Shown in pieces: positions 38,727 through 50,600 of a stretch of 64,000 nucleotides of DNA. Positions within the stretch are counted from its first letter, which is position 1; every line of letters begins with the position of its first letter. Made by a program: the position numbers and the translations under genes. The DNA is taken from assembly GCA_002633005.1 (NCBI GenBank), contig NMRA01000603.1, positions 128,017 to 192,016 of the forward strand, given 5' to 3'. The notes under the pieces were generated by a model, which saw only the letters and a program-made list of their open reading frames with translations, was not told the DNA's origin and did not search any database. This DNA is from Phoronis australis. Its lineage: Eukaryota; Animalia; Phoronida.

Positions 38727-41700
38727 ATATATATATAAGTATATGTATATATATGTATATGTATATGTATATAGTCTGTGAAACATTGGCAAGGATGTCT
38801 TTACACGACTCCTGCCAATCTTCGCAGTCTACGACCAAAGCAGACGAACAGCTGCGAGCGGAGCTGTCGTCCTCGAGTGAACTGTGACTCACCTAATTGT
38901 AGCAAGATGCAGGTTAATGCCACAAAGCAAACAAAATGATTACTGTCATGTTTCATACTTTGACAGTGAATTTTAATGCAGCATTCACGCTTAGAATGAA
39001 CCAACGAGAGATATTTGCTGTTGTCAGATAATGCAATGATTAATTTTCATAAGCTCATTTCACCCGCACCAAGGGAGGATTTAGTCTCACCAACAGGTGA
39101 AACATTCGCGTCACACTCTCGCGAGGCAAAACTGAATCCTGCCGGTTCATTTCGCAGTGGACGTGAGCCATGAGCTGAGCTCATGCGTATTTGATATGCG
39201 CAGCTCTCCGTCTGCACTTGCACTAACATACCTGACCACGTTGCGTTCGATGGTCAATAAACTTGTCAAATGAATGAATAACTTTTTTCCTTCCACCAGG
39301 GACGTGCTCGTACATTCTCGCCCAAGACTGTTCAGGGTCAAACTTTACAGTTAGCGTGCGCAACCACCATAGATACAAGCGACCGGTGGCGTGGACAAAG
39401 AGAGTTACTGTCAGCTTACTTGGCCACAAAATGACGCTGTCAAAGAAACGTGTTGTCAAGGTATGGATGAAGCTAGAATTCTGATTTATGATGTCATGGA
39501 GGTTCTCCAAAAATCAGCTTTTGATCTCGGCCACTTCAAAACGGCTACTGTTCCATCCAACATTTGATTTATGTTACTTACTGTTTTAAAATTGGTCTCG
39601 CCTCATATTTTACACATGTAAAAAATCATTGCTGACATTTTTCGGTTTTTCATGTTACAGAAAGTGGGTTTATTGTCGCTTTAATATTATGAACGTTTCA
39701 GAGGCCTGGAAGGCAAAAAAACGGACTAAAATCAGGCCGTAGCCAGCATTGCGCGGGGATGGTTCGCATTACTAGAACGAACCTTTGACAATTTACAAAC
39801 GCCGACATTGTAGAGTGTTCAGTAAGGCCCTTAATGCAGCTTAATTAGGGGAAATGTAAATCTGTTCACACGATGACTCCCAGCCAGTTCGAAATACACG
39901 CTGGCCGGGGGCCAGTAGAATTGCGGCCGGGCCAGTTAGACTAAGCAAACTTTCATATGTGGGCCCATGTGGATGTGGTTTCATATTCAAGTAACTAGCC
40001 CGGCGGGCCAGCACATTTATTTGCTGAGACTCGAACACTGCTCTCAGCTCTGTTCCCGAGATGAAACGGAATTCGTAATACCAGGAATGAGGATGCCGTG
40101 GCGGTTGCTCACAAAAGAACGGGGCTCAAATTCGGATGTAATGTAGTCCAGAAAAGAACGTTCTCGTGTAACCTTCTGCTAAATCAGACGTGCTTAAACG
40201 AGTGGTTATACATACTTGGACGGAAATAGACCTATTTAGTTTGAGAACGATTCGACAACATTTTTTATCTGGTTGAGCTTTCGCGTGCTTACTTAATTAC
40301 ATCACTGGATATGGAAACACCCTACTATTTTGAAGTTTCACTGCATTAAACGTTCACTATTCCGAAGGATCATTACTTCGAAGCCCACTACTCCGAATGT
40401 TCACACCTCCGAAAATATCAAAACTTTCGGACTCAGTGTAATTTTTATACCTTTGCAAACAAAAGTAAATGATACTTCGGTTATTAGATGCACCAAGTTG
40501 TGTACATGTACCGAAAACAACGTCTGAGTACTATTGATGTCATGCGCATACAAAATTGCCCGCATATCACGAATACGGGAAAATGAGTACGTCCTTGAGC
40601 ATTTTTAAAAAGGATACCAAACCCGATTTTGGCCTACATGTATAAAAAGACACTAAAAACCGACTTTCCCATACACTTCTGTGAAACAAGTTAATGCTCA
40701 GGAAGTCGACACACCTCAAGCGTTTGGTCAAATTTTGATAAACCCCTTCAGTTTGCTTAACGGGCAAGCGTGGCCTACGCTTTTATCGAATAAACAATGC
40801 ATCCGTGAAGAAAAGATCACCCAACGAGGACCATAATGTCCAATCTGTCACAGAGGGAGCACAAGTTGTTAGTTGATTCCTTTCTTTGGTAAAACCACAT
40901 ACTAAACCCTGTTTATGTTACCAGTTGATGCATCATTGAGCAGACGTTAATCTTGAAAGATAAATGCAGTAATCAGCTAATGGACATTATGGTCCTTTGT
41001 GAGTGGTGTTTTCTCCTTGTAAATCGCTAAAAACGTAGGCTATGCTTGCCATTAACAGACTTTGAAATGAGTTTTTAATTTTCCTCCAAACGTTTGAGGG
41101 TTGTCGAGGGTTACAGAGCATTATTTTGATTCAGAGAACTGGTCAGGAAAGTCGCTTTTAGTATCTCTCAATAGGCTATAACTGGGTTTGGTATCCTTTT
41201 AATTTAGATGATTAACACAATTAGCAGGTGACAGAGTGACAGAATGGGGATTGGTGGAAATTATCAAAACAGGATTCAGTATCCTTTTTAATAAGTATGC
41301 CGGATGAATATTCGTGAATTATTAACCACATACATTGTCAAATCCATGTCAAGATCGCATCATTCGCAACCGCTGAGCCTCAACCTCACCCACCGGAACC
41401 ACGCGCACGGCCGCGTCAAAACTAAGTGTAGTTAGGTGGCACAATTAGGCTGCGGCCGCGGCCAATTGAAATCTAGGGGTAGGTTAGGCTTGGGGGAATT
41501 TTTTAGCTAGGTATTGTATGCAGGCCAAGTGAATGTGGTTTGTTTGTATTTGTGAACCTGCTAAGAATGAAAAAGGCTACTTTCTCGGCTGTAGCTGCGC
41601 TCTTCTTCAAGATGGTGCCCCCNTTGTTGCAATTGTGCATTGCTGTGTAGCAAATGAAAAGATGGCCGCGATTTCAGGTAGCCCTCAAACAAGCCAGATT

Positions 41701-44700
41701 TTCAAAAAAAAAACTAGTTGGTTGACAGTACTTTTGGACCACATTTTTGGAATTGATGGGAAATTTGCTTTTGGAATCTAATGTTGGCTTTAGTCGAGCA
41801 TCGGCAGGGAAGTGCTGGTTTTGGGTTGAAAAGTGCCGATTTTGCATTTTTGCTCTTATTTTTCTTAGACTACATGTAGCTTGGCTTTCACTGTGAGTGA
41901 AAGGGTCAAAAATACAAGAGAGAATTCAGTTTCTGTGCTCATCTGTAGGGCTTGTGATGTGAAATGACTCAAAACTCGTCTTTATTTGCATGCTGTTTTT
42001 AAGTGAAGAAAAGGTGAATAGTCCATTGACGTGTCTTCCGATAAGCAAACCCCTGTGAGAACTGTTCTGTGCCTCCTTGGTAGGCTACCCTGTCCTTGAC
42101 ATTCTTCATGCAGTCAAAGAGTCCCATTCAGTCATTTTAAATTTAAAACCGCCGTTGGTCGCCGCAGCCCTGACCCGATGTGGTCCCAGCTTGAGAAGGA
42201 GTCGCTAGTTACAAGTAGATTCAAGAATCACGATTGGCAGTGATTGGAACTGAGCTCATTTGTGAACGATGTAAAGTTTTAAGAACTTTTCAAATTTCGC
42301 ACAACCTTTAAATGATTACTTAATGGAGAAAAGTACATTACTTTAGTCATGTCACTTCTGACTCATTAGCAGACAATCGGAGTAATGAATTGAATGAGTT
42401 CTGGTCTCGGAATTGTGGACATTTAAAGCAGTGAACCTTTGAAGGTAGCGAACATTCGGAGCAGCGAAACGTCGGAGTAGTTCTGCATCAAGTTTGTTGC
42501 TCGTATGAAATCTGCAAAGTTGTGAACCATTGACAGTGATTAGCAAAAGGAGACTTTCTCCATTGACCGAAGTTTTTACTAGGTCTAGAACTACTTTTCC
42601 CTAATTGTGTGAACATGCTCGTAGGCCAGCAAGCAGACAACAAACTTATTTTCTGCTGTTTTGTTTGTTGGTCGATTTTAAGGCATTCACACCGCACTAC
42701 TCTTAGGGAACTCCCTCGTTGCTATAGCCTAGTTACATGCAGGTATAGACATTTACTACGAGACTCCCTTGTTACCCACGGTGACGATGAATAAAGACTC
42801 CTCTAATAACCTGCATGATCCTATCGTTTGCACACCATTGGGGCGAAGTTGCCCGGGTACGGCCCGACGATTACATAAAGCGCTTTGAATAAGAAGCAAA
42901 TTCAAAATTATTACTATCTTAGTTATCATTGTAGTTAGTAGTACCAGTATCTGCAACAATTTTGTTCTTGCCGTCCATCTGTATTCCATCTTTAACGGGT
43001 GGGCCTATGCTGCGGTCGAACCCCCCCCCCCGAATCCCCCTGGCTACGGCCTGAAATTACAACATTGAAAGTGGTTCTCTGTTACTGAAACGGAATTTAA
43101 CCTACTTGCCGGGTGTTTTTAGGGTTTGTTCGTAGAGACTTTTAATTTCCTTCGATATCAAAGCGTTTTCTTTTAATTTCACCTTCCGCTACCACCACTC
43201 CAAAATCCAAGGCTGACGGACAAAATAACATGACAATCAAGTCCCAAGTCTCTCAGCATTTTCTTTTGAAAAGAGCCAAAAAATTATCGTTATGATCATA
43301 TTTCCACACCTTCTTAAAAAATTTGAGCAATTTGCCTAAAATTTTGCCCTAAATGATTACACTTCACTGTTGAATATATGCACGATCGTAACTTTTCATT
43401 AGATCCAGAAAAAACGGGTTAAACCGCCGTTTGTGGAACCAGGTGTCTTCACCATTGAACAGAATGGAACCATAGTGACAGTTAGCACAACTTTAGGCTT
43501 GAAGGTGTCGTGGAATGGGGACAGTTTCTTGGAGGTGTTTGTTCCGAAAACTTTCAAAAACAGGTTTGTATAGTTCGTTCACATTGCTCATTGACTTTCA
43601 ATGATTCATCCACCATATTTTATGTTGAGAATTAACATAATATGTTAATTCTCAACATAAAATAAAAAATAAAAGTATATTATACTGTATGTGGAAGTTT
43701 GTGTGCTCATAAATGCGTTTCTGAATGGTAAGACTAATTAGATGCAAATTCAAATGCATAAATTAAAAGACATCCATTGCCTAATTACGATCTTGACACG
43801 GAAATTATGAATAAGAAGCTACTTACCAAAACTGATCTCCTATTAAGCTTGCCACGAACGCAATCGCACTCATCAAGGAAATGAAGACCTATCTTACGAT
43901 TTATATTCAGTAACCCTAAGTGGCTTTTTAGAGGTCCGTGCCTTCATTCTACTGTGTTATCTCTTGTTGTTCACGGATGATCTGAGAGGAAATTGCTGTT
44001 ACCGATGCATGCCTGAAAATTTGACACAATGATGAAACTGTGGGTTGAAAAACCAAACTCTAAACACGCTTTCTGTCAAAAAAAAAACAGCTTACTGTAA
44101 ATTGCCACAATTTTTGTTTCCGTCACGTTCTGTAAATTAGTTTATTTCGGAAAAACGAGACGTCGCAAAATCTGGCGAATAAAGAGCTAGTGTTGGACGA
44201 TTACGCTCAAGTGCTTAGTCTGTTCCAACAAAATGGCTGCTTCATTAAGCAATCTGCCGCAAGTGCGAGCTTATATATCTTACACCGCATGTCACTTCAC
44301 AATTGCAGATTAGGTTTACCCAAGAAGATATGAGCGCAACACAGTCCATAAAAAACTTACGGCCACTACCTAAATAACTTACTGTTCCGTATATTATACT
44401 CTCGGAGACAGAACTTGTGCTAAGTGAGATTTAAAGAAGCCTGGAACGCGACAAATAATATTGAAAGTGTTTCTCTTTCTCTGCCACTGAAACAGAATTC
44501 AACCTGCTCACCAGATATTTTTTAGGATTTGTTCGTAAAGATTTTTTGTTCATATCAAAGCATTTTCTTTTAGTTTCAAATTTCAAAAAACGACCTGTCA
44601 ACTGTTCGCCATTTCATCGATTTTTCTTCCACAAGGAAAAGCACGTCTCCTTATTTGGTTTGGCAACACATTTTTGTAGCACATTCCCTTTGGAAAATGT

Positions 44701-46792
44701 AACCTTTGACCTGAAGCGACTTCAAGAAACTGACTGAGCGCATGTGCGTATGTGTGTATTTATCATTAGTCGGGGGAAAATTAGAAACACTGTGGTTACC
44801 AGATTTTCCTCCGCGCAAAATTATGAATTATGTGATTTTTTCTGGAAATTCCATCACAGGGGAAAGTGAATATCTCTGTACTAGACATAGCTAGCTAGTA
44901 ATTTAATGAGGTATAGATTTAAAAGTATTTTTGACGAGATTTAGCGTTCCATGCCTCTTTAATCACTTTTCAGAACTAGTTGTGTGAAGCGCGGGTCATA
45001 ATTTCTGAGTCAATTCACTTTTCACGTAACAGGCCACAGGTCTTAAAAATCACTTCTCTGGTTTAAGGTCTGATCTACAGAAGACTGTCAGTTCGTTATT
45101 GCTCGAGATCATCCTTGTTCTGCACACTAACCAACGAAGTCAACTAGTTGAGCTTGGTCATGATAACTAACATACTTCCAAAGCCTAGAAATCCTCTTTT
45201 AATCTGCATTTCCTGTTTTAATTAGCGAGCAAAAACGAAGAATGAAATAATCCACTTAAAAAGCTCCTAAAATTGGTCTCATAATATTCTTTACGGCCGT
45301 AGAGATCTCTTTCCGTTATCGACAAAAGCATCAAAACCATCAAGGACTCGACAAAACGTCCATGTTCATATTATTGTCTGCGACTCGACTTGTATCATTC
45401 AGTAACATTTCAAGATCGGCTGAGCATTGTGACGTTTTTAAACCCAAAATTTCCCTCGGTGAATTATTTGACACTGACAGCGTAACAGTAAAATCTCACG
45501 AATTTCGGCAAAAAACATATTTCCATTTCCACGGGCTTCTAATATTGTGAATGCACAAATACTTTCCAAAACTTTCGTTTGATTGTAGTTGTGGAACAGA
45601 GCTTGAAGAGGGAATATTGTTTAATTTTGTGCTGCACGAAAAAAAAGAAATCAAAATTCGCTTTTCGATCATATTGTGTCCTAAATTTGGGCGACTTTAT
45701 CTTCAGTTAGTTTTTAGAAAATGACTGTATCCCTTCCACTAATATTTACTTAATGCGTTTTCATCAGAATGTGCGGGTTATGTGGCAATTACAATGGTAA
45801 TGCCGGTGATGACTTCACAGGCAGAGACAACTCTCTACTACCGAACGTTGAAACATTTGCCAACTCTTGGAAGTTAGGTAAAAAGAAGTCATGCAACCAG
45901 AAGGTGGCGCTAAAAACGGCCACGTCGTGCAAGACCAAGTTCTCCAAGTGGAAGGAAGCCCACCGTCGATGCTCAGCCATGAGAAGTCAAGTCTTTGCGG
46001 ATTGTAACAAGGACTTAGATTTCCAGCCCTACTATGAGTAAGTGAAACAAACAAAATAAAATTAATTTTAGTGCCGAAGTTTGGAAAAAAGTCTAGATTG
46101 CGGAAAAAGCATGGTTGGTTCGTGTCTCTACCAGACTCATTTTGAAACGGTGCCTCATTGTATAAAAGTGCTTGCCCACATGAATTTTAGCTGCAAACGT
46201 GGTACTTAATGCCAGGGCTTGCCAAGGTCAAGCATAATCGCCTGCTAACTGGCAAAAAAAGTCTTGAATGCTTAATTGTACTTATACATTTACCAGACCT
46301 TACCATGCTTTAGGCCTCAGCTACACTTCTGCAGTTTTCCAAAAAGTAGCAAAAATTATTTATGAGAAAATCAGAGTAATTTAGAAGCAAAAATTTCGGT
46401 ATAGTTTCGAAAATGCCTTTTTTGACTGGCTTGGTTTTTGACATATCAATTTTTGGTGAGAATCTATAAACACTACTCCATTCATACTGCAGTCACTCTT
46501 GATAATTGATTTAACCATAGATTCACAGTCTATGATTGGACAGAAAGGCATATCCTTTAAAATGCATTTCCATAATTTTTGTGCAAGAACTTCTTCATTT
46601 TAATTATTTTAGTACTCCACATCATGAGCATGACTGCAATATCTTTTCCACAGAGCCTGCATCACAGACGTTTGCAACTGCCCCAAGAAGAAGAAATGCG
46701 CCTGTGATGCAATAACCGCCTTCGCCCACTCATGTCAACAGTCTGGCTACACAGTCGACTTGGCTAAACTGAAGGAGTGTCCACAACCCTAG
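27600..46792 (+). CDS. BMPER: Crossveinless-2 / BMP-binding endothelial regulator (whole gene, 12 coding exons, ~611 aa)
   Basis: Exons 27600-27672, 28808-28899, 29569-29671, 31038-31211, 32571-32753, 33303-33553, 35093-35197, 38127-38250, 39300-39460, 43403-43563, 45768-46037, 46654-46792. All GT-AG with consistent phases; 1836 nt open frame. Signal peptide + 5 VWC (CxxCxC...CCPxC) + VWD ([11 protein letters not shown] ... [10 protein letters not shown]) + C8-type Cys region is the Cv-2/BMPER architecture. Confidence 0.95.
28808..28899 (+). CDS. BMPER: BMPER exon 2 (VWC1 N-half)
   Basis: cctag|[31 protein letters not shown]|gtaagt. Confidence 0.92.
29569..29671 (+). CDS. BMPER: BMPER exon 3 (VWC1 C-half)
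   Basis: tttag|[34 protein letters not shown]|gtgaa; not in the ORF track, translated by hand. Confidence 0.92.
30431..30715. mobile_element. MITE with 5-bp TSD in BMPER intron 3
   Basis: TAGGG|CAGAGGCGGGTTCAG...CTAATTCCGCCACTG|TAGGG; homologous end fragment inverted at ~1900-1957. Confidence 0.8.
31038..31211 (+). CDS. BMPER: BMPER exon 4 (VWC2)
   Basis: tacag|[27 protein letters not shown]...EQCCPVCN|gtaagt. Confidence 0.95.
31779..32266. mobile_element. Palindromic MITE in BMPER intron 4
   Basis: GACCACCGTCTCTACTGG... / ...CCAGCTAGAGACGGTGGTC; arms complementary over most of the length; related copy at 62341. Confidence 0.8.
32571..32753 (+). CDS. BMPER: BMPER exon 5 (VWC3)
   Basis: ttcag|[26 protein letters not shown]...GKCCPICQ|gtcagt. 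Confidence 0.95.
33303..33553 (+). CDS. BMPER: BMPER exon 6 (VWC4, start of VWC5)
   Basis: tttag|[19 protein letters not shown]...[21 protein letters not shown]|gtaagt. Confidence 0.95.
35093..35197 (+). CDS. BMPER: BMPER exon 7 (VWC5)
   Basis: ttcag|[35 protein letters not shown]|gtgagt. Confidence 0.95.
35422..35662. mobile_element. MITE with 5-bp TSD in BMPER intron 7
   Basis: CTAAT|CAGGCGCGCACCC...GGGTACGCGCATG|CTAAT. Confidence 0.8.
37868..37942. repeat. (CA)n/(CG)n microsatellite
   Basis: Direct reading. Confidence 0.95.
38127..38250 (+). CDS. BMPER: BMPER exon 8 (end of VWC5, GDPH site at 38202-38213)
   Basis: Polypyrimidine tract + AAG acceptor|[41 protein letters not shown]|gtact. 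Confidence 0.93.
38631..38773. repeat. (TA)n/(TATG)/(TACA) compound microsatellite
   Basis: Direct reading. Confidence 0.95.
39300..39460 (+). CDS. BMPER: BMPER exon 9 (VWD)
   Basis: accag|[54 protein letters not shown]|gtatg. Confidence 0.93.
39733..43053. mobile_element. Second copy of the 10556-14345 element, in BMPER intron 9
   Basis: CAGGCCGTAGCCA...TGGCTACGGCCTG; flanks AAAAT/AAATT (imperfect TSD); shared internal blocks; own insertions ~39815-40040 and ~41433-42080. Confidence 0.8.
43403..43563 (+). CDS. BMPER: BMPER exon 10 (VWD)
   Basis: attag|[53 protein letters not shown]|gtttgt. Confidence 0.93.
43616..43664. repeat. Perfect AT-rich palindrome (24-bp arms, 1-nt spacer)
   Basis: TATTTTATGTTGAGAATTAACATA-A-TATGTTAATTCTCAACATAAAATA. 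Confidence 0.95.
45768..46037 (+). CDS. BMPER: BMPER exon 11 (VWD end, C8 start)
   Basis: atcag|[16 protein letters not shown]...FANSW...[11 protein letters not shown]|gtaagt. Confidence 0.95.
46654..46792 (+). CDS. BMPER: BMPER exon 12 (terminal)
   Basis: cacag|[45 protein letters not shown]; AATAAA follows at 46967. Confidence 0.9.
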
Positions 46793-46966
46793 AGGAGTCA
46801 TTTCAGTACCCATTAAGACACTACCACTTTGAAACGAACATTTCTGAACAAACTTTTGCGATATCTTCCATTTGTAAATAGCAACTCATTTGTTGTCGCC
46901 AAGTGCCATTTTAAGTAATGCAATTTTGTTGTTTTATATTATGATAAAGTCATTATGTGTCTATAA

Positions 46967-46972
46967 AATAAA
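46967..46972 (+). terminator. Candidate polyadenylation signal of BMPER
   Basis: First AATAAA I found, 175 nt after the stop codon. Confidence 0.5.
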
Positions 46973-47570
46973 TCGTAAGCATTTTTTATAATTCATATTC
47001 CATTCACTTTACACAACATACCATATCAATGCATAGCTTTAACACATAAATATTACTGCGTAAAATCTTTAAATCAACAGCTCTTTTTTAACACCAAGGC
47101 ATGGTAGAGACTATTTACGATTCTCGTCAGTGTCTTGGGTTACAGATCCTTTTTACATCAATACATGTGACATAATAGGGTTCGCGGATTGCTGAAGTGG
47201 CTAAGTTTATCCAGGGCAATTCCAAAATTCCTTGAAAATGGACTGAACAGTGAAGGCAAGTCTCATTCTTAAACCAACCTCTTCAATTATAAAATTTCCT
47301 TTAATAAATGAACCTGGTCACAAATTTCAGTTTGACCGACAATTTTCCTTCCAACGTTTGGAAGTGGCAAAAACTTCCTAATGTGTAGCCAATGTCTTCC
47401 AAAACACTCCTTTCAGTGGCGCAGTAAGTCAATACCAGTTGGGATCTCCAGAACAGTAAAATGCACCATTGCCTATCCCACCATCATTCTTCAGCAAGAC
47501 TTCTCATTTCACAGCAGCAGTATTCAGCGATTCAAAAATAACCGAATGCCGATGTCACCAGAAGTACACA

Positions 47571-47671
47571 TCACGAGAAGTCCACATCGAAGTTGTAGTT
47601 ATCTGCCCCTGATCCTCCTAGTGTACTGAACGCTCCGGTCAAAGCATCGGATAACTGACCCGCAACCTTGT
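47571..47671 (-). CDS. GNL3: GNL3-like terminal exon
   Basis: ttgcag|[33 protein letters not shown]; phase fits and the YxF..DF end resembles this family. Confidence 0.88.
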
Positions 47672-50600
47672 CTGCAACAAACACAAATACCATAAGCACT
47701 GAAAAACCATATTGTTGTGGCGTGACACATTACCCAAAGATTCCTCAGGGCCCTTGATCACGAGAGTAAAGGTGCCTGTGCCCTCTGATAGGGCTTTTGA
47801 ATGAGGGTAAATTCTCTGATCGCCACCCCTCATTATTCATTGGTTACAATAGTTAGAATTACCTTCCTACCAATTCGAAACATTGCCTGATGCACTAAAT
47901 AGAGTGTGCTGTACCACCCAACACTTGTGGTAGTTAATCTTGAAATTGGACTAGCCCAAGTAATAGGGCTGTCAAGTAGCGATCATCACTACACTTGCAA
48001 TACACTAAACCAAATCCTGCTCTGCAAAGCATAGCACGAATCAAGGTGAACATGGTGAAGTATGTACTTTTCTTTGGCTAAAAAAATCTTCTGATTTTGA
48101 GGTTCTGCAAGAGCTGAAGTAAGTGTAACCTTGAGGGGACTTCTTTGTCAATTGTGGGGAATTTTTGAACCTGGAGAGGGGACTTTCATCTAATTTTTAA
48201 AAGAGGGGTGTGAAGCCGATTACTCAGTTCCAGCATCGAGACCAACACATCATGTCTTAAGATTATGTACAGCATAAGACAATAGTGAACCAGACAAAAC
48301 ACCATTTGCGCCATCACGACAGCCAATTCTGTTCACACCTAAAACTACTGGAGATAAGTATTACGGCTGCAAACTTATAATTACAGAATGGTTTAGCCAC
48401 TCTGTTAACTTTACTTTTAAATCCTTTTCATTCTCAGGCATGAGCCTACTCTGACGGCGAATTCAGCTTTAGCCCAATCGTCATGACGGGTAAATTCCAG
48501 GTCATTTTTTCTAAATACTCGTGTTGTAGGATCTTATCAACAAGTGTACATATTTAGCCTTTTGAGTTATACCAATCTGGATCGCATGACTTTGTCTTTT
48601 TAGTAAAATTTAGGAAACAAGAAAGGTATATTCATAGCAAAACTACCGCATCAACAACCTGACCAAACCCCAAAAAACTAAATTACAGATTTCTAAATTT
48701 TAATTTAATTTTCAAATTAGTTTTCTGTTTGTGCAACTTTTGAGTTTTTAAATAAACACAAAAATCACCACAAGGAAGAGTGGAACATTATATAAAAAAT
48801 CCTAAACAGCGTTTTGAAGAACACTGAATAAGTCAAAGTTTCTGAATGTTTCCTATGAATCAGATCCGCCAGCTATGAAATATGATCTTCCAAAGTTTCA
48901 CAAATTTAAACATTTTCCTAGAGGCCTGCATTACCTCATGAGGAAACAAGTTTACAGTTGTAAAGCAACGTTACAGCCAAAACAGCCATCCAGGCAACAA
49001 CTACAGAATGTGCCCTCACAATAGCTACATTACAAAACAATGTCTAATCCAGTGGCAACCTTAATGCACATTTCTTACCAGACTTCTTGCGCTGTTTCTT
49101 CATCTTCTTATATGCCATTTTCATGCCTCGGTTGGCCTGTCTGTTATTCACCTCCCCTGACGCACTCAAACCCTTAGGGACCTTTTTGGCTAACACAGCC
49201 AACTTCTGTTTCCTGCCTGCCGACTTCAGCGTAACTGTCGTCTCTGCCAACTGAAAAAGTTCAACAATTTCATTTTGAGAAACTTGTGAAGATATACAAC
49301 GACTGCTTTTTCTCTGACGTTGGCTGATGCTAATGCATTACTGCACCGACAATCATTTTCGAAAAAACAGCTTTCCCATGAAAACAGAATATATAGCAAT
49401 TAAGATGATCCACACACACGCCCAAGGTGCACAGAGTGAAAACTGTACAGAGATACCACAGCAATTGTTCTAACTAGAACCATTTGGCACAATGCATAAC
49501 TTCGTGACGTCCCATTCATGTCACGAATCACCTTGACTATACAGAGGTCCCAATTTAGAGTGTGCTGTGTGCGAGTTCAGGGCAAGTGGAATGCCTTCGT
49601 TTGGCAGCTGAAGAGAGCTTTAAGGAGGCAAAGCAGTGTTCCTTCCTCACATTACGGACATCATTTAAGAGACAATACAGTTGAATGCTCATCTCTAGGC
49701 ATGGTGATGTCTGGGCCACCATTCTTTGACTGATGATTTATGTCTTACTAAGTCATCTGAAATTTCCCACTATCCCAATGGCTATGTAACCCAGTCTCAC
49801 CTCACTCGCCTCATCACCACCAATGGCTATGTAACCCAGTCTCACCTCACTCGCCTGATCACCCTCGTCCACAGTCATTTCCTCCTCGTCCGCGCTCTCT
49901 TCGTCCGACTCCTCCACCATTTCATCATCATCCTCTTGATCACTAGGTGGCGCTGTTAGACCAGCCGTAGGCCCGTCTGTCGTTATAACCATGTCACTCG
50001 AACTTGCCGCTTTTAAATCTGCGAATTTAAATAACCAAGTTCAAGTCCATTTGTTGTCTGCGCATTTTCAGAAGTTCTGACGTTTGAAATAAACCATTTA
50101 AAAAATTACGGAATAGTCCTAGGTCCACTTCTTTACACTGCCCATTCACACAAAGCACTTAAGGACACAAACTGTTCAGAATTAAAAATGCCACACAAAA
50201 TTCACGTGAACATTTCTCAGCAGCCTAATTATGGAATGATTACTGAAGCAGCCCCCCCCCCCATTAACACAAGTTACTGTCAGAAGGCGCATGCACCATT
50301 CCAAAAGGTAAGCTTGGGCCCTGTTGACTAAACAACCAAATCTTTAGCTCAATTAAGATTTTGCCCCTAAACTTCCTGAAACATGTACAAATATCAATTT
50401 TCAGACATGAACCACAACTAACATAACTTTGGTGATACAGGAAGTAACGATGTCTGATTAGTTATCTACAATCACATTCAACAGTTTGCTAAGTGTAAGC
50501 TTTTATGTTCATGAAGTCAGCCATTAAACACCAACAATATCAATTACCCAAGCACGATTACACGGAACTTTGCCATTTGCCTGCATCTATGGCAAAAACT

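Noticed and set aside
38518-38892. YI-rich ORFs, plus poly-T (14136-14375) and HT-repeat (37719-38081) ORFs
   Set aside because: Translations of microsatellites
49044-49078. ORF-track stop suggesting GNL3 ends at 49044
   Set aside because: A strong donor (G|GTAAGA) at 49078 and an in-phase terminal exon at 47571-47671 explain the end better
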